Source: an uncultured Methanoregulaceae archaeon (lineage in GTDB: Archaea > Halobacteriota > Methanomicrobia > Methanomicrobiales > Methanospirillaceae). From it: a DNA stretch of 64,000 bases. The stretch lies in the NCBI GenBank assembly GCA_963737635.1, contig CAVTTL010000001.1:1152001-1216000 (forward strand), in the 5' to 3' direction. Below are positions 31,466 to 42,338 of the stretch, in pieces (the stretch's first letter is position 1; each line of letters starts with the position of its first letter). The translations under genes and the position numbers were made by a program. A model generated the notes under the pieces. The model searched no databases, had not been told where the DNA came from, and saw only the letters and a list, made by a program, of their open reading frames with translations.

Positions 31466-31603
31466 TCAACCGGTATGAGAACAGGTCTGGAGATCGCAAA
31501 GAGATAATCGCTTAAAGTTTCTATCTATCATCACCTGAAATTATCTGAAGAGTCGTCCACCACCGGACTCATCAAAATCCCCGGATCGCCAAAAAACCCC
31601 GGA

Positions 31604-31629
31604 ATAACTGCGGAATTTTTCGCAGTCAT
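31604..31629. promoter_or_regulatory. Palindromic site, copy 1
   Basis: ATAACTGCGGAATTTTTCGCAGTCAT just upstream of TTTATAT. Confidence 0.65.
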
Positions 31630-31667
31630 GGTCGGATATTTATATTTCTCACATATACAATCTTTGT

Positions 31668-32585
31668 ATGAATTACAAGGTAGTCATCATCCTTATCGTG
31701 TGCATCGCGGCAGTGGTTATTGCCGGGTGCACCAGCACTCAAAACAGCGTGGAGAGATCCACGATTATGCAAAGTTCCCCGGCATCTGTGGGAGGCAGTG
31801 GAGATTCGTATAGTTTTGTCCCAAGCGCGAAAACGGTCGAATCAGTGCCGATTGCACCACCGGTCCCTACATCCAATGGGCTGCCGGGCGAGGGAATCGA
31901 TCAGAAGATCATCAAGACCGCGGACATCTCGCTTGAAGTAAGCAATGTCACCAGCGCTGCGGCAGCCATCGAACAGATGGGCACCGGGGCAGGAGGATAC
32001 GTATCGACTACAAATATCGGGACGGACTATAACGGACAGCCCACCGGGACGGTCATTCTCCGGATCCCCGCCACCCAGTTCGACAGTACGCTATCAGGAG
32101 TACAAGGGATCGGGAAGGTACTCTCTCTCTCCACGCAGGGACAGGATGTTACCGAACAGTACGTCGATGTCCAGGCCCAGATCACCGCATACCAGAACCA
32201 GATTGCCCAGTACAATGTGATCATGAAGAACGCCACGAAGGTCGAAGACGTCCTTGCTATCCAGCAACAGATCGATGCCGTCCAGACCAATCTTGACCGG
32301 GTCACCGGGCAGATGAAGTACCTCAACAGCCAGATCGACTATTCGACTATCACCGTTTCGCTGCAGGAACCGGAACCGGTAGGCGGGCCACAGGGTCACG
32401 ATTTCGTTACCGCTATAAACGAGGGGATCTCCGGCTTTTTCGGGGTCATCGACGCGATCATTATCTTCGTCATCAGCGTCCTGCCGCTGCTCATAATAGG
32501 CGGCGTAATATATGCTGGTTACCGGGTCTGGAAACACAAGCGGCCGGCACAACCAAAGACCAGTGAGCCTGAGCAGAAACAATAA
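31668..32585 (+). CDS. DUF4349-domain lipoprotein/membrane protein
   Basis: Lipobox IAGC; KIIKTA.ISLEV, LRIPA, DVTEQYVD, YSTITV; C-terminal TM helix. Confidence 0.88.
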   Translation: MNYKVVIILIVCIAAVVIAGCTSTQNSVERSTIMQSSPASVGGSGDSYSFVPSAKTVESVPIAPPVPTSNGLPGEGIDQKIIKTADISLEVSNVTSAAAAIEQMGTGAGGYVSTTNIGTDYNGQPTGTVILRIPATQFDSTLSGVQGIGKVLSLSTQGQDVTEQYVDVQAQITAYQNQIAQYNVIMKNATKVEDVLAIQQQIDAVQTNLDRVTGQMKYLNSQIDYSTITVSLQEPEPVGGPQGHDFVTAINEGISGFFGVIDAIIIFVISVLPLLIIGGVIYAGYRVWKHKRPAQPKTSEPEQKQ

Positions 32586-32856
32586 AAAAACCCAATCTTC
32601 TTTTCTCGTTTTTCGCGACTCCGTTCCGCTCATGGATGACTAGACGCCCTTTCCTTTTGAGTAATCCACCGGGAAACCAGATTGCAACAATACGCTAAAA
32701 CAGCTCTCCTCCCCCAGCTTATACTATAAACGCTCTAACCCGCAGGTTCGACTTGCTTACCCCGGGCATTTGTCCAATATATATCCCTTCCAGGAGAAAC
32801 GACTGATCACAGCCCGAAAAGGGCCCGCACGCACAAACCCAGGAGATGGAAACTTT

Positions 32857-33492
32857 ATGAAGGTAAGACCATTGTTTATTCCCTGCATCTGTGCAGTACT
32901 CCTCCTCGCGCTGGTGCTTCCCGCCGGTGCAGATGATACTTCGCAGGTAAATGTAACGCCCACTGTAACTGTAGCAGCCCCCCCTGGCTTTGACCCGATT
33001 GGCTCATTCATGGGCATCGTTGGCTTGCGGCAGGAAGACCATAACCTGACGCAGGATATCCATGCAAACGATCAGGATATCCACCAGAACTGGTGGGACA
33101 ACCTCAATATCTTCCAGGATATCCTTGGTAACCGGACAGATGTCCGGGAAGACCAGCAGGCCGATCTCCAGAACCGGTCGGAAAACATCGGGTACCGCGA
33201 GGATATCCACGCCGATCACATGGACATGAGAAACGACTCGGGTAACCGGACCGCTGAAGAGCAGCAGATCGCCGGGGACCGTCAGGCCATCCATCAGGAC
33301 TGGCAGGATATCAATGCAACTCATCAGGACATTCATGACGAGCGTAATGCAAGCCAGCAAGACTGGGCCAGCATCAATGCAAACCGGGAGCAGGATGCCT
33401 CCCTCCGGCAGGATAACGGTGCCGACAGGGAACAGGTACGGGATAACCGCCAGCAAATCCGCAATGACCGCGGGAATGCCAGCTCATCCTGA
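32857..33492 (+). CDS. Secreted heptad-repeat D/Q/N/R-rich protein
   Basis: Signal peptide ending PAGA; repeats such as QDIHAND/QDIHQN/EDIHADH; RBS AGGAGA. Confidence 0.8.
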   Translation: MKVRPLFIPCICAVLLLALVLPAGADDTSQVNVTPTVTVAAPPGFDPIGSFMGIVGLRQEDHNLTQDIHANDQDIHQNWWDNLNIFQDILGNRTDVREDQQADLQNRSENIGYREDIHADHMDMRNDSGNRTAEEQQIAGDRQAIHQDWQDINATHQDIHDERNASQQDWASINANREQDASLRQDNGADREQVRDNRQQIRNDRGNASSS

Positions 33493-33626
33493 ACTTTTTT
33501 CCTCCCTCCCTTTCAATGGCATCTGTTACACTCGGACAGGAACCTCAGGACAGTGAGTGATCTTTTCTTTAAAAAAAGAACAGGATCCGGCAAGGGCAGT
33601 TATATTACGGGTCTGGACAACAAATG

Positions 33627-33652
33627 ATAACTGCGAATATTTTCGCAATTAA
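33627..33652. promoter_or_regulatory. Palindromic site, copy 2
   Basis: ATAACTGCGAATATTTTCGCAATTAA upstream of TTATA. Confidence 0.65.
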
Positions 33653-33687
33653 GACAATAATTATAGCCTTTTTCGGGTAATATTAGG

Positions 33688-33975
33688 ATGATGATCATGA
33701 ATCCAAGCACCATAAGTCTCTCCACTCTCTTCGCTGCACTAATCATACTCTTTCTTTGCGTATGCGGCTGCACGGGATCTTCCGGGCCACAGATTCAGCC
33801 GTTCCCCGCCACCACCTTAATGACCCCCGTGGTTACCCCAAGTATGCCAACCGTTAACACGACGGGACAAGTGCCAACGCCGGGCACTATCTGCAACTGT
33901 CCCATGGAACCCGCCTTGTCACCGGGAGTTACGCTGACGCCAAACCCCAACAACGGTCCCTGCCACTGCCCGTGA
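33688..33975 (+). CDS. Small lipoprotein with two CxCP motifs
   Basis: Lipobox VCGC; P/T-rich; ICNCP and terminal PCHCP. Confidence 0.7.
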   Translation: MMIMNPSTISLSTLFAALIILFLCVCGCTGSSGPQIQPFPATTLMTPVVTPSMPTVNTTGQVPTPGTICNCPMEPALSPGVTLTPNPNNGPCHCP

Positions 33976-34051
33976 CCGGCACCTATCTCCCTTGTGCCGG
34001 GGAGTGTCACGGTCGCTATGTTTATCGTCTTGCTCCGGCAAGGGCTGGATC

Positions 34052-34913
34052 ATGCCACCGGCGCGTGAAATTTTCCGGATGTTCTCTTCCCGGGAAACTC
34101 TCGAAGGGGCCGGAGTCAGGCTCCACCGGGCGTTTGGCTATTCCCAGATTCCCCTTTTCGATCCGTTCCTAATGCTTGACGACTTCCGAGCTTGAGCGGC
34201 CGGAAGATTACTTGGCTGGTTTTCCCTGGCACCCGCACCGGGGGATCGAGACAGTGACGTACATGCTGGAAGGAAGAGTCGAGCATGGCGACAGCATGGG
34301 CCATGCAGGGAGCGTGGGGGCCGGGGACATCCAGTGGATGACTGCAGGCTCTGGGATCATCCACCAGGAGATGCCAAAACCGGCCGACGGCCGGATGGGT
34401 GGTTTCCAGCTCTGGGTCAACCTCCCGAAAAGCCACAAGATGATGGACCCGCGCTACCAAGAGATCCCGGCTCATGAGATCCCGAAGGTTACCCCAAGCG
34501 ACGGCGCAGAAGTCCGGGTAATTAGCGGAACAGTCGGCGGTGTTACGGGTCCTGTACGAGATATTGTCGCAGATCCTGAGTACCTCGACGTGACGCTTGC
34601 GCCGGGCATCCCCTTTTCCCACCTTGTACGGCCCGGGTACAGGGCTGCGATCTATGTCATCGCCGGGTCGGGGGTCTTTGATCCCCACCCCACTACGGAG
34701 CTGAGTAATCGCACGATGGCTCTCTACGACGACAAAGGCACCTCGGTTGAAGTGAATGCCGGGGACCGAGGTACCCGGTTTTTGTACTTCTCCGGGAAAC
34801 CGTTCCGTGAACCGGTTGCCTGGGGCGGCCCCATTGTGATGAACACCGAGGAAGAATTGCAGCGGGCATTCGCCGAATACAGGAACGGGACGTTCATCAA
34901 GAAAAAAGCATGA
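34052..34913 (+). CDS. Pirin family protein (frameshift near 34190)
   Basis: EGAGV, DPFLMLD, GFPWHPHRGIETVTY, QWMTAGSGIIHQE, GPIVMN. Confidence 0.95.
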
Positions 34914-34943
34914 GCCCGGTAACCTGAATTCCTGTAATCCGGC

Positions 34944-36996
34944 TCAAGATCGCCCTTCGAACCGGTACATACCTTCCGGGACCGTCGCCTCGAACCGTGC
35001 TCCTTTGCCCGGCTCACCGGTCTCACGAATGGTGATGCCGGTAATCCCAAGGATTTCCCGGCAGAGGAATAACCCGTTTCCTGTCTCTTTTCCGGCACCT
35101 CTGGCAAAAATCTGATCTTTATCCCCTACGGGGATGCCTATCCCATCATCTTCAAAGACAAGAATCACGTTTTTTTCTGTCTGTTGGTACGACACATGGA
35201 TCCGGGTTACATGCTTACCATGGCGGAGAGCATTTTCGATGAGATTAAAAAAGACTTTCTCGATGAGGTAATTAACATAAATCTCCAGGTTATCCGTATC
35301 GATCACGAAAGATACATCCCCGATTTCCATGGTTTTTAATACCGAAGAAATGGTAATTTTTATATTCTTCCACTGGGGCGGCCGTAAGCCAACATACTCG
35401 TAAATCCGGGTGAATACGATCTGGCGGTGGATGGTATCGGCAATAGTTTCCATTTTTTGAATCTGGCCTGCAATGTTTTCATCCCCCGATTGTTCTTTTA
35501 AGAGAGAGATATACCCTGCCAGCATAGAGAGCTGATTAAGAATATCATGCCGGGTTATACTGGTTAAAAGGCTTACTTCTTTATTTGCCTCATGCAACGC
35601 TTCTTCTGTCTTCTTGCGTTCGGTGATATCTGAGAGGAGGACAAGGATGGCCGAATCTCCGTTCCAGGTAATAAGGGTGGAGTTGATCTCCATCCAGTGT
35701 AGGGATCCCTCTTTAGAGACAATCCGGAACGTATAACTATCTGTCGGAATCTCTCCGGAAAGACGCCTTTTGAACTGTTCTGCAACAAATACGCGGTCAT
35801 CGGGATGAACGAAATCTAGGAATACTTTTTGTGTAAGTTCCTCTGCTGCGTATCTGGTAATCTTCTCCAGTTTCGGATTTGCAAAGCAGATTCTGCCACC
35901 CTGGATTACGAAAATAGCCTCATTCGCATTCTCAACCAATGTCCGGTACCGGTCTTCACTCTCACAGAGCGCCTCCTCGGCGCGTTTCCGGTCGGTAATA
36001 TCTGTCAACATAGCGAATGAACCGCAGAACTGCCTGTCTGTATCCAGGATAGGAGATGCAGAGACCATCATCCAGCATACACTCCCATCCTTATGCCGGA
36101 ATCTGCGTTCATAGGTGTCGCTGAGTCCTTCCACTCTCTGTTGCACTTTGATAAGATGATCCTGGATATCTTCCGGGAACATAAATCTCGCGAAGTCATG
36201 GCCTACAATTTCTTCTGCAGAATAGCCAAAGATATCCACCAGTTTCCGATTGGCAAAGGTAACGGACCACGTTTTGTCCATCACGAGGATTCCCTCATTT
36301 GCAGTCTCGACAATCCGGCGGTATTTTTCTTCGCTCTCCCTCAGGGCCTCATCCGCATGGATTCGATCCTGAATCTGCCTTTGCAACGCTTCGTTGGTTA
36401 TGACAAGTTCCTTGGTCCGCTCTTCGACGCGTTCTTCAAGCTCACGCTGGTATTTCTTTATATCGGTAGTATCTTCGAAAATGATAACGACAGCCCGCCC
36501 GCCTCCATCAAACACGAGTGGGAGGAATTTCACTTTGAAATAACGTAGTTCATCGCTTCCTTCGATTTGGATATCAAACGTACTTTCCGATCCATCGAGT
36601 GCCTGTTTGAGGGCATCAAAATGTTTATCGGTGAAAAAAGAGGCTAGAGACGAATGCTTTAATTGTCTCCCTTTAAGTTCCTCCTTTGACAATTTAAAAA
36701 AAGTAAGGAATGAATCATTGGCTTCCTGTATGAAAAGATCTTTATCCAGGATGAGAATGAGATCTGGTGTCAGGCTCAGGCAGATTGATCAACGGAAGCC
36801 GCTGGGTGAGATAGAACAGCTTTGCCGGGCCGAGAGTCCGCATATCAGCTTTTCCCGCTATTACGAGCATATTGAGATATTTCGCTGTTGTTGCCCGGCT
36901 CAGGGAGAGTATCTTTGAAACCTCTTCTATTGTCAGTCCTTTTGGATTTGTCTTTAAGAGGTCCCAGATGCGCTCCTGTTCATTTTCTTTTTCCAT
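34944..36996 (-). CDS. wHTH-PAS x3-histidine kinase (frameshift near 36770)
   Basis: N-terminal NPKGLTIEEVS..L.LSRATTAKYL; TRHDILNQL, NLIENALRHG, DDGIGI. Confidence 0.85.
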
Positions 36997-37220
36997 AGAA
37001 TTCTTACCGTTTAGATGTTTGCACTTATTAATTTAAATATGTGTCATTAATACGAATCATAAGTACAAATCACTATTGAAAATCATAATAGTTTATCAAA
37101 AACAAGTACTACTATTGATTGTTATATGTAAATAACTTTAAATATCATTAGAAAGAACAGGAATTTGCAGCAAAAAAATCGGTAACGCAGAAAATCGGCA
37201 GAAGAGGGTGTGAATCTGAA

Positions 37221-37364
37221 ATGACGTTTAACAAAGAAACTGGAAACCTCTCCAAAACCTTGTTGATCGAGAACAATCTGAGGGAGCATTTCGCTGTTCT
37301 TGATGAACTGGCACAGAAGTTCGATGATTACACTGCGATCCCTACAATTCCCGGTGAGCATTGA
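37221..37364 (+). CDS. 47-aa hypothetical protein leading the satP operon
   Basis: Hand translation MTFNKETGNLSKTLLIENNLREHFAVLDELAQKFDDYTAIPTIPGEH; GAGGGTG upstream. Confidence 0.55.
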   Translation: MTFNKETGNLSKTLLIENNLREHFAVLDELAQKFDDYTAIPTIPGEH

Positions 37365-37464
37365 CGGGGGAGTGCATGGTGCACTGATCACATGATCGAA
37401 CGGGGGAACAGACTGTAGTTTGTCAATCAATGAACGCTGCACAGTATCGTAGAGGATTGAAACG

Positions 37465-38058
37465 ATGGACACTGACACCAACACTTTCAAAGAAACCATC
37501 AGGATTGCCGATACAACGGCAAATCCGGCACCGCTTGGGTTACTGGCTTTTGGTATGACTACCGTGCTGCTGAACCTGCATAACGCCGGGTTCTTTGCGA
37601 TGGGATCCGCGATCTTTGCGATGGGGATATTCTTCGGCGGGATTGCGCAGATCGTCGCAGGAATCATGGAATGGAAAAAGAACAACACCTTTGGAACGAC
37701 TGCGTTCGTCTCGTATGGTTTTTTCTGGATCTCGCTCGTGGGCCTAATCCTCATGCCGGTATTCGGCTGGACAAGCCCGCTCCAGATGGAAGCGCTTGTA
37801 TCGTTCCTTGCGATATGGGGATTATTCTCGTTTGTAATGTTTGTAATCACCTTCAGGCTGTCAAGAGCACTTCAGGTGGTTTTTGGAACACTGACACTAT
37901 TATTTCTCCTTATGATCGTGGGAAACGCCGCCGGCAACAGTATGGTCCTCCAGATTGCGGGTATCGTTGGCATTATCTGCGGACTTTCGGCGATGTACGC
38001 GGGACTTGGACAGGTTATGAACGAAGTGTATAAAGTACAGGTTATCAGACTCGGGTGA
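37465..38058 (+). CDS. satP: Acetate uptake transporter, SatP/GPR1/FUN34/YaaH family
   Basis: [30 protein letters not shown]; six hydrophobic segments. Confidence 0.95.
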   Translation: MDTDTNTFKETIRIADTTANPAPLGLLAFGMTTVLLNLHNAGFFAMGSAIFAMGIFFGGIAQIVAGIMEWKKNNTFGTTAFVSYGFFWISLVGLILMPVFGWTSPLQMEALVSFLAIWGLFSFVMFVITFRLSRALQVVFGTLTLLFLLMIVGNAAGNSMVLQIAGIVGIICGLSAMYAGLGQVMNEVYKVQVIRLG

Positions 38059-38063
38059 ACTAC

Positions 38064-39545
38064 ATGGTTGAATTACAAGACTTAACGGAAATGTTTGAAA
38101 AGAGTCCGCTGGCGCAAGCAGTTGTGGAACCTAATCTCAAATTCCTCATGGTAAATGACGCCTTCTGCAAGCTGGTCGGATACAACAGGGACCGTCTGCT
38201 GGCAATAAAATACTCAGATTTCCGGGCACAGGGAATGATGAAGTATCTCAAAGACTCCGGCGAATCAGTGAGTGACGCCGTTAACACCCGAAGGTTAACG
38301 TTAGGCCAGAGCACGTTTGAAACGCCATCGGGACTGCATATCGTTGCCCGCGGTAATGTACCGCTGCTGAATGATAAAGGGGACGTGAAATACGTCTATA
38401 TCACGTACAGTGAAATCACCAAGATAGAAAAGAACCGGGAATACATGGAGCATGAGATTGACGAATTCGTCGCCGTCTATGATAAAATGGCAGCGGGTGA
38501 CCTGACTGCAAGTCACGCTGTTGAAAAACCTAAGGATCCGGATCTCCAGGACACATTTGAGGTTCTGGCAAAACTCCGGGCTTCGGTCCGGCGGATCATC
38601 AGTAACCTTCAGGTAAACATAAAGGATGTTAATAACCGGATGCAGAACCTGACAGCGACAGCGGACAATGCGACCCAGAGTCTTGAAGAAGGGACCCAGG
38701 GATGCAAGCAAATCGCCAAGAATGCGACTAATGTCAGCAGCAATGCGGAAAAGGCAGCACAGGGTGTCGACCAGATTGCAAAAGCCATGCAGGACATGAG
38801 CGCAGCAGTCGAAGAGATCACCTCAAGTATGGAATCGGTCTCAAGCCTTTCCAAGCAGAGCGATGAACTCTCCAAGTCCGGTGCGGCACTCGCGGGTAAG
38901 GCGGAGAAGAGCATGGCTGAGATTTCAGAGTCCTCTGCAAAAGTCTACGATATCGTACTTGACGTAGAAAAGCAGATGGGTGAGATCTCAAAGATCGTTG
39001 TGCTCATCCGCGAACTGGCCAACCAGACAAACCTGCTGGCGCTCAATGCTGCGATCGAAGCGGCTCGTGCGGGCGATGCGGGGCGGGGTTTTGCAGTCGT
39101 CGCGACGGAAGTAAAATCCCTGGCGCAGGAATCTCGGAATTCTGCCGAGCGGATCGAGGAAATGATTGTCTCCCTCAAAAAGAGCACCCAGAACGCGTCA
39201 ATTGCGATGAACGATGCAAAGGGGACGGTCGATCAGGGTTCAAAGATGGTGACCGAGACCCTGCAGTCATTTAACAAGATCGCGGCAGCTGTTGAGAAGG
39301 TGGCTGCGAGCGCTACCGAGGTGGCGGCAGCAACCGAAGAGCAGGCGGCTACAACCGAAGAGATAACGGCTAGTATCAGCGAAGTGGCAAGCCTGGTTGA
39401 GCAGACTGCAAGGGAGGCCAGTGATGCAGCGGCAGCAACTGAAGAATCCTCAAATGCTCTGGACGAGATCACCCGAATGGTAGGAAACGTACACAAGGTC
39501 GCTGTCGAAGCGATGGAAGCAAACAAGAAATTCAAGGTGGATTGA
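38064..39545 (+). CDS. Soluble PAS-containing methyl-accepting chemotaxis protein
   Basis: N-terminal PAS ([11 protein letters not shown]), HAMP-like [31 protein letters not shown]; no TM segment. Confidence 0.95.
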   Translation: MVELQDLTEMFEKSPLAQAVVEPNLKFLMVNDAFCKLVGYNRDRLLAIKYSDFRAQGMMKYLKDSGESVSDAVNTRRLTLGQSTFETPSGLHIVARGNVPLLNDKGDVKYVYITYSEITKIEKNREYMEHEIDEFVAVYDKMAAGDLTASHAVEKPKDPDLQDTFEVLAKLRASVRRIISNLQVNIKDVNNRMQNLTATADNATQSLEEGTQGCKQIAKNATNVSSNAEKAAQGVDQIAKAMQDMSAAVEEITSSMESVSSLSKQSDELSKSGAALAGKAEKSMAEISESSAKVYDIVLDVEKQMGEISKIVVLIRELANQTNLLALNAAIEAARAGDAGRGFAVVATEVKSLAQESRNSAERIEEMIVSLKKSTQNASIAMNDAKGTVDQGSKMVTETLQSFNKIAAAVEKVAASATEVAAATEEQAATTEEITASISEVASLVEQTAREASDAAAATEESSNALDEITRMVGNVHKVAVEAMEANKKFKVD

Positions 39546-39560
39546 ACGGGGTGCGTTACC

Positions 39561-40101
39561 ATGGCGGCAAAATCAAGCATGCCAGAAGAGGCGCAGACTC
39601 AACATGAGGAAGATGACAGAAGGAAACGGCAGGGTAGCATCCAGATCGTCGAGTTCGTCCTTGGAACAGAACTCTTTGCTATCGACCTGTTCGATGTCAA
39701 GGAAGTCGTTGAATATACTACGATCACCAAACTTCCCAATGTGGCGGCGTATGTAAAAGGGATCATCGATCTCCGGGGAGAGATCACGACTATCATCGAT
39801 CTCAAACACCGGCTCAACATCACTGACGGGAGGCAGGTTGCAGCAGAATCATCCCGGATCATCGGTACTCGACGACAAGATCACCGGCACCAAGATCGGA
39901 ATCCTCGTCGATGATGTTACCTCGGTCTCGACATTTGAGGCAAATCAGGTCGACTATACCTCAGCTTCGGTGAGCAAAGTGGATACCGCGATCATCGGCA
40001 TCATCAAACGAAAAGTGAAGGTCAAAGACAAAGAGAAGAACGAACTAATCATCTGGATTGATATCAAGCAGCTGCTCGGGGATATCGATACAGCAGTCTG
40101 A
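39561..40101 (+). CDS. cheW: Chemotaxis adaptor CheW (frameshift near 39865)
   Basis: IVEFVLG.ELFAI, VKGIIDLRGEI..IIDL, IGILVDDV. Confidence 0.93.
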
Positions 40102-40227
40102 TGCTATAATCTGACCGTTTACGATCTGATTTTCGGATGTGTCAGGGAAAATACCGTGGATGGGGGGAGAGGAAATAACATCCCCCTTTCATTTTAGGCA
40201 GAATCTGGTACCTGGAAGATTGCATTC

Positions 40228-40668
40228 ATGATTTCCGTACTCTATGTGGATGACTGTTTGTCATTGCTGGACATCGTCTGCCGTTTCCTTGAGGAAAAGG
40301 GGGATGTGGTAGTTGAAACATCATTCACTACCGAAAAGGCCTCACGAATAATGGACCACATTTCCTTTGATGTCATTATCACTGATTATAATTCCAAGGA
40401 ATCGTCGGGCATCGATCTTCTTCAAAAAACCCGGAATAAGGGAAGAATGACACCTTTCATCTTCTTTACCTTAGAGCGGGACCACGGTATGGAAGAAGAC
40501 GCAGCACGGTACGGTCAGGTTGTGTTTGTCCCGAAGTTACCTTATTCCGGTTCGGGCTGTGATGAGCTTGAGAAAACCATCCGGACAATAGTTCCGGTAC
40601 CCTATTTGGAAAACACACGCGAACAAAAGGATCGGATCAATTCAATGGGAGGAGAACCTCGATCATGA
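40228..40668 (+). CDS. Single-domain response regulator
   Basis: VLYVDD, IITDY, PFIFFT, FVPK. Confidence 0.85.
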   Translation: MISVLYVDDCLSLLDIVCRFLEEKGDVVVETSFTTEKASRIMDHISFDVIITDYNSKESSGIDLLQKTRNKGRMTPFIFFTLERDHGMEEDAARYGQVVFVPKLPYSGSGCDELEKTIRTIVPVPYLENTREQKDRINSMGGEPRS

Positions 40669-42134
40669 TCCCGGTTCTCTATGTCGATGATGAGCCTGGC
40701 CTGCTTGAGATCAGCAAACTTTTCCTTGAGCGAAGCGGGCAGTTCTGTGTGGACACTATTGCCTCTGCTCCAGCCGCACTTGCCTTGTTGAAGACAAAGA
40801 ACTACGATGCCATTATCTCCGACTATCAGATGCCGGAAATGGATGGGATCGAATTTTCAAAGAAGATAAGAACTTCGGGAAACACCATTCCGTTTATCCT
40901 TTTCACCGGACGAGGACGTGAAGAAGTGGTCATCCAAGCCCTAAACGAAGGGGCCGATTTTTACCTTCAGAAGGGCAATGACCCCAAATCACAATTCGCC
41001 GAGCTCGGGCACCAGATCCGCCAGGCTTGCCAGCAGAAAAGGGCAGAAGCAACCATTCGCGACCTCGAACGTCGTGAAGCGGATATCATTAACTTCCTGC
41101 CCGATGCTACGTTTGCCATAGATACAAAGGGAGTTGTTATCGCATGGAACCGTGCCATCGAAGAGATGACCGGTGTTTCGGCAGCGAAGATGGCGGGAAA
41201 AGGGGAGTACCAGTACGCCATCCCGTTCTACGGGAGCCGGCGTCCTGTGGTCGTCGACATGATCTTCAACTATGACGAGAAGGTTGCAGGGTATTACTCC
41301 AGTATGCTGCGTGAGGGAGAGACGTTCTCTGCAGAAACCCATTTTCGCCACCGGAATGGTCATCAGATCTGGGTCACTACCAAAGCAAGTCCACTCTACA
41401 ACCGGGAAGGTGGTATTGTCGGTGCGATAGAGGTGATCCGGGATATCACCGAATGGAGAAGAGCAGAAGACGCTCTTAAGACCGCGAACCGCCAGCTCTC
41501 CCTGCTCACCAGCATCACCCGGCACGATATCAATAACCAGATGACGGAGCTTCTGGGGTACCTCCATGTTCTGGAAAAGAAACGGTGCGATCCCTCGTTC
41601 CATGAGTATTTCCAGAAAGCGGCACATGCAGCAAAGCGCATTTCCACCATTATCAGGTTTACCAACGCGTATGAAGCGATCGGTGTCAATGCCCCGGTCT
41701 GGCAGAACTGCCACACCCTTGTTGATACTGCAACAAAGCAATCCCTACTCGGACAAATTCTGGTGAAAAACGAATTTCCTGTCGGTGCTGAAGTGTTGGC
41801 CGACCCGCTGATCATTAACGTGTTTTGCAATCTGATAGACAATGCAGTCCGGCATAGCGCAAAGATCGCGACCATCCGGTTTTCCCTGCAGGCATCAGGT
41901 GATAATCATATCATCATCTGCGAAGACGATGGCGATGGTGTTGCTTGGCAGGAGAAGGAGAAAATCTTTGAGCGGGGGTTCGGGAAAAACACCGGGCTTG
42001 GACTATTTCTGTCCCGTGAGATCCTATCAATCACCGGCATTACCATCAGCGAAACTGGGGAATCTGGCAAAGGTGCACGGTTTGAGATGACCGTGCCAAA
42101 AGATGCGTACCGGCTTGCCAATGTACACTGTTAG
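40665..42134 (+). CDS. Hybrid REC-PAS-histidine kinase
   Basis: VLYVDDE, SDYQMP, TRHDINNQ, NLIDNAVRH, DDGDGV, TGLGLFLSREIL. Confidence 0.93.
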   Translation: MIPVLYVDDEPGLLEISKLFLERSGQFCVDTIASAPAALALLKTKNYDAIISDYQMPEMDGIEFSKKIRTSGNTIPFILFTGRGREEVVIQALNEGADFYLQKGNDPKSQFAELGHQIRQACQQKRAEATIRDLERREADIINFLPDATFAIDTKGVVIAWNRAIEEMTGVSAAKMAGKGEYQYAIPFYGSRRPVVVDMIFNYDEKVAGYYSSMLREGETFSAETHFRHRNGHQIWVTTKASPLYNREGGIVGAIEVIRDITEWRRAEDALKTANRQLSLLTSITRHDINNQMTELLGYLHVLEKKRCDPSFHEYFQKAAHAAKRISTIIRFTNAYEAIGVNAPVWQNCHTLVDTATKQSLLGQILVKNEFPVGAEVLADPLIINVFCNLIDNAVRHSAKIATIRFSLQASGDNHIIICEDDGDGVAWQEKEKIFERGFGKNTGLGLFLSREILSITGITISETGESGKGARFEMTVPKDAYRLANVHC

Positions 42135-42338
42135 GTTGAAATCATACTATTATCAAACGTGCAGATAGATGCGGACCAAGAACTGGGAAACGAAGTGCCG
42201 CACGCACTGCAACGACACTCCCCGGATACTTATGAACCCGGTCGAGACTTTGACTATTCTTTGGTAGTTTTTGACCGGTAACCTCATGAGAAATCTACAC
42301 CGAAACGGTAAACAGTGCCCTGCGCACATCGTACCATA

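Noticed and set aside
32742-32756. GCAGGTTCGACTTGC hairpin resembling a tRNA T-arm
   Set aside because: No acceptor, D or anticodon arms could be folded around it.
1579-33652. Recurrent 25-bp sequences as CRISPR repeats or MITE ends
   Set aside because: They are dispersed single copies at promoters, with no regular spacers, target duplications, cas genes or transposase.
38040-38070. Possible SatP-MCP fusion broken by an indel
   Set aside because: SatP ends at a family-typical length and terminus, and the MCP has its own RBS (GGGTGA) and ATG.
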